Assembly: GCA_964252035.1 (NCBI GenBank)
Contig: OZ176211.1
Length of the DNA stretch: 64,000 bases
Strand: one strand, 5' to 3'
Source: Podarcis erhardii
Lineage: Eukaryota
This document shows, in pieces, positions 36,409 to 47,129 of this stretch (within the stretch, counting starts at the first letter, position 1; each line of letters starts with the position of its first letter). The notes under the pieces were generated by a model. The model had not been told where the DNA came from, ran no database searches, and was given only the letters and a program-made list of their open reading frames with translations. A program made the translations under genes and the position numbers.

Positions 36409-37390
36409 TTCTAACACATACAGAGTGCAGAAGCTAATAGGCTGGCCACAGTTTTGACACAAACACACCAAACTCATAGCAATCTGACCACCCACAAACA
36501 CATAAGAATACGTTAGGTGACAAATTGTTCTCAGTCTGAAACATTTAAAAGGAGGGCAAAGGAAAGAAAACCTAAACATTTCAAACATAAGTGGACATGA
36601 ATAATTACTTATTTCCCAACCATCTAGAAGATTTTCTCTCGCCTTCTCTCTCTCTCTCTTGACAAAAATGTTCCTCACATAACTTTACATTTCCTTTGCT
36701 TTCACTCAGAAACAATTGCCTGTCAGACATCTTATGATTGAGTCAAAGGGAGGCTTCATCCTCATATTTTACATGAATGAGATGGAGTCATAAAATGTAA
36801 GAGCTCCTCTTAAAGATTATGGAAACAATGTTCGAAATGTGTGATGTGAAAGTAAAAGGAGATGCATTACAATGAGAAACTCCCATACAAATATAGCCTC
36901 AAGGCTAGATTGTGTAGTAGTCTTTTCAGTACGTTTTCACGTACTATGATACTAAAAGGACCCTTGAGCCTCACAGTCTGCTTGTGTTATGTACAAATGA
37001 GGATTAGAAAGTAGCTATGCTGCTCAATCAATGACCAGTGCAGATTTTACATTCACAACAACATCTTTATCTCTCTAGGTACACATGAGTGTGAGCTGAA
37101 CAGAGTTTTCAGTCCCACCCTTAGCAGCAATACCGAAGTGTATGAGAATAGGCTGTGTAGCTCTCTTTTGAGTGTCCAGCTGAGAAGCAAGCTGGCTCCC
37201 CTTATCCATCTTAACAAAGCACCAAACAACTGACTCAAAAGTAAGTTTAAAACATGATTTACTTACTCATAGTTTTGTATTGGTTCTCAGCTACAGCAGC
37301 AGGTAAAATACTTAAATTTACAGTAGAAACAGCTTCAGCCATTTGTCTATAGTTGGAGCAAGCAAACGTACGTCCTTTTATATGGCTGGT

Positions 37391-37392
<2 letters not shown>

Positions 37393-37441
<49 letters not shown>
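37393..37441. repeat. (GA)n microsatellite (shorter one at ~34376-34395)
   Basis: Read directly from the sequence. Confidence 0.97.
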
Positions 37442-37442
<1 letters not shown>

Positions 37443-40400
37443 CAGGAAATTACTGTACTACATGATCCTTTCCCCTCAGGAAAGGAGGGAAATGACATCA
37501 CACAGAGCCCTCTCTACCAATTACATTTCTGTGGTCCAAGGTTCTGCCTATCGGCAATACAGCTCTGTGCTCTTAGACACCTTTCATGCTAACTAACAAG
37601 AATATGTACAGTGGTACCTCAGGTTAAGTACTTAATTTGTTCCGGAGGTCCGTTCTTAACCTGAAACTGTTCTTAATCTGAAGCACCACTTTAGCTAATG
37701 GGGCCTCCTGCTGCCGCCATGCCGCCGGAGCACAATTTCTGTTCTCATCCTGAAGCAAATTCTTAACCCGAGGTACTATTTCTGGGTTAGCGGAGTCTGT
37801 AACCTGAAGCATATGTCTCCCACATTAAGTCACAATGACTAATACGTCTTCACCCTGTGAACTAATCCCTCTGCATTAACTCCCAACCAGGCAGAGCTAC
37901 ATGACTGCAGGCTAGTTAGGCCTTTGAAGGATCGTGTACACAGGACTCACACAGGAGTTCCCCCTTTTGTGTAGTTACTGTTGCCCATCCCTTCTCCAAG
38001 TTGTGATAAATTCCAGGGGTACAGCACTTACCTGTGTTTGGCTTTCTTTGGAAGGAGGCCACTGAAGATTTATGGTGGACTGGCTAGATACTGAGTGGGC
38101 AGTGGGAGAAGGGGGTTGGAGACTTGACTTGGAATAAGGGATCAGTGAACTGGGGGGAACTTGTAACAGCCAGGAGACCAGATGCAGAGGAAGAGGAAGG
38201 AGAAGCTGCAGGATTGGAGAGGTAAATAACAGATGCAGGGAGAAGGATAGGTCTGGCTGATGTGGATTCAAGGGCTGGCTTCCACACCTCCACCTCCTAC
38301 TTCTTCTGCTCCACTGCCTCCCAGGACCAGGAGAGGATTGAAGTGAGAGGAGCAGAAACAGGTTACACGTGGGCATAGTCTTTGCCTGCTTGTGTGCAGT
38401 TTGGATAGGGGAGATACACAAGTCAAGATCGGGGTTAGGGCCTCTCTGTTGCAGCAAATACCTCATCGGATGCACACCTAGGAGCAGCCGAGAGACATAG
38501 GACTGATGGACATACCTTTCTCCAACTGGTAAGTGTACTTTTGACAATAAAGAGTTAATTCCTCACTCTGGGCATTCCATGCCTGACAGCTCCTTGACCA
38601 TGTTGTAAAATCTGCAATGATCTGCAAATATACAAGTTGTACATGAGTGGAGGAATGGCTCCAACAAACAACTCCACCACATCAGCTCCAGAGAGAGCAA
38701 CCTCCACAAATACACTTTCCAGAGCTTGCTTCCCTACTTGCTTCTTTCTGTGTGTCTCACTCAAGAAGTGAACCTTGCCTCCTGAAATGCTTTTGTGGGT
38801 TGACATTCACACCTACCTCTCCTCTGGCTGGACATAGGAAATAGGTGTCCTAGCATTTCACAGTCAGAAGCTGCAGAAGTTTGCCATTGACTATCATCAT
38901 CATCATCATCATCATCAATTCTATATTTACATAAAACTACCCAATAATATGGTTATAACATAATAAAAGCAGATGACCAGCTAATATAGAGCATATCAAC
39001 TGTGGTTCAGAATATTAAAAACACAGATGTTAAGCCTCAGAGAATTTTTAAAGAAGTCGTCACTTGATGTTGTAATTGCCATAAAGAAGGCAGCTCTAGA
39101 GAGACCATTCCACAACTAGGGTGCTACCACTAAGAAGGAATACTGGCAGTCCTTCTGACCCCACACTTTCTTGTCCCAAGTTCCCAGCATAAATAATATT
39201 CTCTGCTTTAGTTTTGGATTCCTGCTTTCATTCTTTCCTCTGGCATTCTTTACCACATTGCCTTCTTGTTTATGGGAGCTCAGCTTTTCCTTGATTTTGT
39301 AATCACTTGGAGGACAACGATCTTGATAGGAAACAACATAATCTTTTGAGCTGGGGTTGAGATTGTTTTTAGGCTTTACATAAAAATTGCATTCCTCCTT
39401 TGTTGTTTTACCTTCTTCTTGAAATACACTTCTTAATCATATTGCTTTCTTTGTTATGCACAGCCTGTGGAATGTTTTATGCTCTTAATTTACCCAGAGT
39501 TTGTAGAGTCAGTATGCGACTGACGTCATAGATCAGCCATATTTATCTTACCACATGAACAAAAATAATCAAGGGGAGTCAGGTTAAGATTTGTGACATG
39601 CTTATTATGAGTTAATTGCAACCTGAAGTGGGCAGCTAAGCCAGCATTGGCTGCTGCTAATTACAACAGCAATACAAGAGGAGAAAACTAGTTTAGGAAG
39701 CTTGGAAAAAAATGGAAGTGTATGAGGCTAAACAGGCAGAGTATAGTCATGTTACCTTAGTGCCACAACATTTTCCTGCTTCCTTTCTCCATTTTTTGTT
39801 ACAGCATATGGTCAGTGGCTATGGATTTCTTAACTCTTACAGCTCTTGTTCCTTCTACCCTCTTTATTGACATTTCCCATCTTTCTGACATGTTGCCTTG
39901 AATTGACACTTCACAGCCTTTATGTAGCTGTATACACTTCAAATCTTATGTATACATTTGTTTTCCTGGATATTTTTTAGTGTGGAATTCTCAGTGCTGC
40001 TGAGTAGTAGCACATAGGCATAAGAGACAGACAGACAGACAGACAGACAAGACTTTTAGCCCTCCACCATCTATTGTCTCAAAGTTGATTGACAAGAAGG
40101 TGCATGGGTGAACTGGCTTGCACAGCTAGTCATGGGCTGGATTTGACCGATAAACTGAATTTAAAAATAGAGCTGAAATAAATGAGTTAATTAACACCAA
40201 CAGAAGTAAACGTCAGATTGAGGAACATATTTATTTTCCAGTCTGTCAGTAAACTCATAGCTTGCAAAAGAGAAAGTGTTAAATATAGAAGGGATATATC
40301 CATCGGTGATGTGGGGAAGGACATTCAGTCTCAGGGCACACAGAACAGAGTATCAGCAAATTGATCCAAAACCTTTGTGCTTCTATAGTCAGGCTGCAAT

Positions 40401-41382
40401 GCTGGCATAATGTCAATGCAGTTTTGGCACCATGTCTGCTGTGTGGCATAGATATTGATGCACACCCTCATATACATTCCCCTAGTAATGCTTTGGAAAC
40501 GCAGGTAAGAAATGCAGCAAGGCCAGGAAATTGCTATAGACAATTTTGGAGACATTAGATTCAAGGAGTAGATATGCAGTGCTGATGAAAAGGTTCTCTG
40601 AGTTTCACAAAATGCACATCTCATCCTTTTACCTGATTCTCCCAATATTGCTTCTCAGTGGGCCTTTCTGCACATTGTTTTCTGTGTGAAATATATGTAC
40701 ATTTCTTTCTCTCTGTGCCCTCTACTAGTCTTGCCTCAAGGCTGTGATTCCGTTGTTAAGGACATCACATTTCCCCTGCACTCAAAACACAGCAATTTGA
40801 ACCTTAGGAAAAATGCAGTGCTTACACCCAATATATAGCAAATTAATTATGACTGCGGAATGTAAATAGGAACTTATTTGGACATTATATTTATTAATTT
40901 TATTATTTATTTGCTCATTTCGTTTCTGTCCCACCCTTCATCACATATGATCTCAGGGCAGCTAACAATAGAAAATCCCAATACCATTGAAACAGCAAAA
41001 ATTAAAACCATATATCACAGTTAAAGGCTCCAGTACAATCTCAGCAATACAACAAGCCTGCACTAATAATTTCACAGCTGGATACAAAAGCTCAGAGCCC
41101 TGCAAAGGTCTGGGCAAAAAGGAACATCTTCAAGCTGCATAGAAAGATATAGTGATTGCACTCACCTCTGAGGATAAGGAGATTTATAAACCAGGTCTGT
41201 AACTGGTCTACAGTCAAGCTAGAGGAATGAGGGAATGACTTGAAGCAACTTCATTCCTCAGAGCCTTTAATAAGAAACTTTTGCAGTGACTTGAATGCCC
41301 CTGGAGCTGGATCATGTGAATTTAGGGGAACTTCTTAATACTAAGGGAATATAACTAAATTACAAACTCTATCATTACAAGG

Positions 41383-43559
41383 AAGGACAGATCGTGAAGC
41401 TGAGGCTCCAATACTTTGGCCACCTCATGAGAAGAGAAGACTCCCTGGAAAAGACCCTGATGTTGGGAAAGATGGAGGGCACAAGGAGAAGGGGACAACA
41501 GAGGACAAGATGGTTGGACAGTGTTCTCGAAGCTACCAGCATGAGTTTGACCAAACTGCGGGAGGCAGTGGAAGACAGAAATGCCTGGCGTGCTCTGCTG
41601 ATTCAGGACTTTGGTCGGGTGGCGGGATTTAAATTAAACAAACAGAAAACCAAGGTGTTGGGAAAAAATTTGACAGATACAGAGTCAGAACGGTTTCAGA
41701 GAGAAACAGAACTAACTGTTGTTAAAAAAGTAAAGTACCTAGGGGTAAACATAACAGCAAAAAATCTGAGTCTATTTAAGGATAATTATGAAAAATGTTG
41801 GTCTGAAATTAAGAGAGACTTGGACAGTTGGACAAAACTGAAGCTTTCTTTGTTAGGCCGAATTGCTGCTATTAAGATGAATGTATTGCCAAAAATGTTG
41901 TTTTTGTTTCAAACACTACAGATTGTGGACAAAACAGAGTGCTTCCGGAAGTGGCAGAGAGATATTTCTAAATTTGTCTGGCAGGGCAAAAAGCCCAGAA
42001 TCAAGTTTAAGATATTAACAGATGCTAAAGAAAGAGGGGGCTTTGCCCTGCCAGACTTAAGGTTGTACTATGAAGCCGCAGCTTTCTGCTGGCTAAAAGA
42101 CTGGCTACTTCTCGAAGACACTGACGTACTGGACCTGGAAGGTTTTAACAATGCTTTTGGTTGGCATGCATACTTATGGTATGACAAGGTTAAGATCAAT
42201 AAGGCCTTTAAGAACCATATTGTCAGGAAAGCAGTATTTAATGTCTGGACAAAATACAAAGACTTATTGGAAAACAAAACTCCAAGGTGGCTTTCACCCC
42301 TGGAAGCTAAGGCCCGAAAAAGACCCAATATGGAGGCCAAATGGCCAAAATATTGGGAAATATTAGAAAAAGATGGAGACAATTGGAAATTGCAGAGTTT
42401 GGAGAAAATGAAGGACAAAGTGCGAGACTGGTTACATTATGCTCAGATTAAAGAAGTTTTTAAAAATGACAAAAAGTTAGGGTTCCAGGTGGAGAAATCG
42501 AAGTTAGAAACAGAATTGTTAGAACCAAAGACTAAGGTACTATCTAGAATGTATAACTTGCTGTTAAAATGGAACACACAAGACGAAATGGTTAAATCGG
42601 CTATGATAAAGTGGGCACAGGACATTGGGTATAACATTATGTTCGAGGACTGGGAAAGGTTATGGACCATTGGGCTGAACTTCACTGCATGTAATGCTCT
42701 GAAGGAAAATGTAATGAAAATGATATATAGATGGTACATGACCCCAGTTAAACTTGCCAAAATATACCATTCGTCTGATAATAAATGTTGGAAATGTAAA
42801 GAAAATGAAGGAACATTCTTTCACCTCTGGTGGACATGCCCTAAGGTGAAGGCTTTCTGGGAAATGATATATAATGAGCTGAAAAAGGTATTTAAGTATA
42901 CCTTCCCTAAGAAACCAGAGGCCTTCCTTCTGGGCATTGTCGGCCAGAAGGTGTTAAAGAAGGACCGAACATTCTTTATGTATGCAACAACGGCAGCAAG
43001 GATACTCATCGCAAAAAACTGGAAAACTCAAGATCTACCCACACTGGAAGAGTGGCAGATGCAGCTGATGGACTACATGCAATTAGCTGAGATGACTGGC
43101 AGAATCCGAGACCTGGGAGAAGAGAGGATTGAGGAAGACTGGAAGAAATTTAAGATGTATTTACAAAAACATAATTTGGTTGAATGTTAAGAAGGATGCT
43201 AGATTATAAAAAATTGGCCACCACTAAATTAGATTTTGAATTTGATGATAAGTGAGATTAAAGAAAACATAAATTTTATGGAGAATTGTTAGATTATACT
43301 TGATTGAGTGGATATAAGATCGTAAACAAGTTGATAATTTGCTTGGAAAAATCTTTTAACGATGTAAATGGGAGCGGGAGACGCGAGGGAGTCCAAAGAA
43401 GTGATGAAACTATGTTGTGATAGAAGTAAGATTGTTTATTATTGGTGCATTTGTATTTAAAAACTCTAATAAATATTTATATATATAAAAAAGAAATGCC
43501 TGGTGTGCTCTGGTCCATGGGGTCATGAAGAGTCGGACACGACTAAACGACAACAACAA
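41383..43559 (+). mobile_element. RTE/BovB 3' fragment split by L1 copy B (41383-41597 plus 43513-43559)
   Basis: Encodes the BovB C-terminus LQYFGHLMRREDSLEKTLMLGKMEG...WRAL and resumes as VHGVMKSRTRLND with a (CAA)n tail; 12-bp TSD atcattacaagg at 41371-41382 and 43560-43571. Confidence 0.93.
41598..43491 (+). mobile_element. Young 5'-truncated L1 LINE (copy B, different lineage), inserted in a BovB 3' end
   Basis: Open ORF2 C-terminal part (LIQDFGRVAGFKLNK...CWKCKENEGTFFHLWWTC...), 3' UTR, AATAAA at 43468-43473, short A tail; 21-bp TSD agaaatgcctgg[c/t]gtgctctg at 41577-41597 and 43492-43512. Confidence 0.96.
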
Positions 43560-44363
43560 ATCATTACAAGGTGCCACTGTAGAGAAGGTGCTTATATATG
43601 ATGTCATAAGTGAACAGCATGAATTTCCTTTCCGCACGTGCCTGCATTATTTTCTAAACTTGAGGTGGTATGCTCTTGCTGCTATATACCTTCAGCTTCA
43701 GAGGACTCAACCAGAGATATATGAAGAAAAAGAGATTTCTCTCTCCTGTGGTGTGACTCGTTAATTTGGAAGCAGGTAATCTACCTGTTCTACCCAGCCT
43801 CCCTCATTTAACTAAGTCAAAGAGATATGCACCAGTGTGGCTATTGTCCCGTGTATTGTCTACACATGGGATATTATGCTATTGACATTTGAAGGGACTT
43901 TTAAAACATTGTGGCATGTATTATTGACTGATTGTCTGGAAAAGCCCCATGGGCATTTTCAAAATGTTGGTAGCAAAGATGTCACTTTAGAGATTACCCT
44001 TGGTAACTTGTGCAGTAAAGTGTTAACAGAGAAGACTGTTTATTATATTGCGCAACAAACTAATTTTGCATTTTTATTCATACTGAGATTACCTTTTGTT
44101 TCTTTTAGCAGTCCGCTGTGACTTTCTTTGACCTATCGATTTCATGGTGTTGAATGTTTCCCACTTAATACGGATGCTATTTGTGTTGTGTGTGCAGGTT
44201 TTTCTTTTGAAATCTGTTGTTTAGTCGTTTAGTCGTGTCCGACTCTTCGTGACCCCATGGACCAGAGCACGCTAGGCACTCCTGTCTTTGAAATCTATTT
44301 CCCTAAAAATAAAAAAAACAGAACATTTGAGAAGCATTCAGGTTGTAAAGGCTTTTTGAAATA

Positions 44364-44613
44364 CAGTCGTACCTTGGAAGTCAAACGGAATCTGGTCCAG
44401 AAGTCCGTTCGACTTCCAAAACATTCAGAAACCAAAGTGCAGCTTCTGATTGGCTGCAGGAAGCTCTTGCAGCCAATCAGAAACTGCGGAAGCCCTGTTG
44501 AACGTTTGACTTCCAAAAATAGTTCACAAACTGGAGCAGGCACTTCTGGGTTTGCAGCATTCAGGAGCCAAAACATTTGAGAATTAAGCTGTTTGAAAAC
44601 CAAGGTACGACTG
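44364..44613. mobile_element. Tigger-like MITE family 2 (also 13679-13929, 16603-16833, 35223-35475)
   Basis: TIRs cagtcgtaccttgg / ccaaggtacgactg with TA TSD; shared internal gaagtccgttcgacttccaaaa and gattggctgcagg. Confidence 0.87.
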
Positions 44614-45559
44614 TAAAACCATTTTGACCATGCATCTCAGTAGGGACTGTACCTATCTAACTTCATATAAATGGGCCCACAAACAATACTGAAAGCAAAA
44701 CTCTGCATTGACATGAATCACGCTTCTGGTCCATAAAGCAATTGACTTGGGCTGTACAGGGGAACCTGGGCCTAAGTTATTCAGGGCTTTGTATATTACA
44801 ACCAGAACCTTGAACCTGGTGTGGTAGCAGACATTACTAATAACTAAATACTGTATTGCATGAGCTATACTGAGCTGCCACCAGAGGGGTTCCTGAACTG
44901 TTCCATAACTGTTCCCTATACAGACAGTGTTTCATTTAATTAGAAATAAAGCAATGCTGTATTGTACATATCGGTGAAGAGCTAGCAATTAGCAAAGCAA
45001 GCACATATATTTCATTGTCAGGTCTCAGCCTTATTTTTTTGTTTTTGTTTTATTATATATTTTGCATTTTCATTTTGTGTGTTTATGTTGTGAACCGCCC
45101 CGTGATCTTTGAATGAATAGCAGTATGCATATTTAATAAATATTAATGAAAAGGTGCATGGTGGCAGTTTCAAAAGATAATGGAAGGCAGGGAAAGAACA
45201 ATGTGTTCATACGGCAGTCACAGCTTAATGCCTGTGGCAGAGGAAACTTCTGCAGTCTACGAACTGAAAAACTAAAAGGAGCTGCTTCTGGAAAAGATTT
45301 TGAGGTCCAACTTCAGCCACCACTGACTCAAATTGAGCGCTGAAACTAACTGTTCTGTCACCACTGTATTGGATGTCAATATTGCCGAGAACATCATTAT
45401 ATGTAAATTTCCCAAGGCTAAACTCTGGGAATTGAAACAGCTCATCAAAAAAAAGGGTGATTAGGTAGCATGGCTCTTGTGAGATTCTTCTTGGCCACTT
45501 TGCATCTGTATTTCATTCTACAGTTAAGGTTGCAAACAAGCAAACCCCTTCCTCCCTTT

Positions 45560-45750
45560 TCTTTTTTTGGCAGGGCTCCTTTGACTTTAGGATCAGATAC
45601 AGTATGTCTCTGAATACCTGTTTCTGAGGAGCACAAACAAGGGCACTGCTGCTGTGCTCATGTCCTTCTTGTGGACTTCCTAGAGGCAACTGGTTGTCTA
45701 CTGTGAACAGGATGCTGGAGTAGGTGATCCAGCAGGGCTCTTCTTAGGTG
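45560..45750 (+). mobile_element. CR1-type 3' end fragment
   Basis: ggcaactggttgtctactgtgaacaggatgctgga...gatccagcagggctcttctta. Confidence 0.6.
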
Positions 45751-46356
45751 TTTAAATTTAACTTTCAAAATGTAACAATAACAGTAACCAAAGGAGGTAT
45801 TCTAGCTGTCAAAGCTACAGTACTACAGTATATCTGGGGCATATTCTGCAATCATAGGTGTACTGTAGACAGTACAAAGGCACGTTAATGTAAGTTATAT
45901 CTAAACTGATCATTTTTTGGTTGGGGAGATTATCTTAAATACAGTATATTAATCCAGTCAAACCGCTGGAGAATCACAGCAGCTGCTGTGTCTGCAGAGT
46001 CTGGCAGCTTGTAACTGCTGCTTCCTGCGTTGTTTTAGTGGCACAAAAGTGACCTCCATGCAAGCCTAGGCAGTGTGTATGGAGGTCCTGGGCTGTCTTC
46101 TCGTCCTCGCTGATATGGTCCAAAGGAAAGCAGAGATATGTTTGACACCAGCTTGGCTGCAGCTAGTTGCCAGAAGGAGGCGAACAAGGCGCCATCCAAC
46201 CTCCTTGGGGGTTCCATTCCGGATTTGTGTAGGGTTTACTCCTTAGCCTTTTCTTCTCCCGAAGATGTCCTACAAGGCAGCAGGTGTCCCTCACGTTTAC
46301 TCCTGAAGCCTTCCTCATGAATGAGCATGGCCACTATTACAGAAGTATAAAGAAAT

Positions 46357-46443
46357 TATAATATAATAATAATATAATATAATATAATATAATATAATAT
46401 AATATAATATAATATAATATAATATAATATAATATAATATAAA
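46357..46443. repeat. (AATAT)n pentanucleotide microsatellite
   Basis: Read directly from the sequence. Confidence 0.95.
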
Positions 46444-47129
46444 TAAGACCATGTGCAGTGCTTGCAATGGAGGGAATCGATCCCAGGGCCAGATTTAGGT
46501 TTGATGAGGCCCAGGCTACTGAAGGTAATGGGGCCCTTTTTATGTCCAGCTGTCCTTTGTCAACAACAAACTGTCACTGTTTTTTGTGTTGAATATATGC
46601 TATATGGTAATTTATGAACCAAATAGGTATCTAAAGCCATTTGCACATGTTGCCATGCAACAAGTCCATGCAGAATGTAGGCACCCTATATATAGAAATG
46701 AACAAACCAGTGATATTTTAGGGAGCAGGCTAGCAGGTGGGGCCCACTCCTTGCATCAAAGAAGCCTACACAACACAAAACGCTGTTGCTGTAAGTAGGT
46801 TTTATTTTATTTGTTTTTTATCTTATATTTTGGAAATGTACATCCAGGTTTTTTTCTCCCCTTTAACTTTTTGGGGGGCACCCCCGAGAGGGGGGCCTTA
46901 AGCTATTGCTCGTTCAGCTTATCGGTAAATCCGACACTGATCGACCCCAACTGGCAAGAAGAGTTGCCGAGGGGGCTCTTGCAGGCCAGCCCTCCTTTCT
47001 GATCTAGGCAACCCGGAGGCAACAGCATCCCCACAGCAGAGGGCTGCCCTGCCTCTCCGAGGGAGGGAGAACCCTGCAGGTAACTGAAGGAAGGCAGGGA
47101 CACCTCAACAAAAGACTGCTAGTTTTACC

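Noticed and set aside
40335-40504. Possible plus-strand exon ending in CAG|GTAAGA
   Set aside because: Poor polypyrimidine tract at the acceptor and no recognisable homology; a donor consensus alone is not enough.
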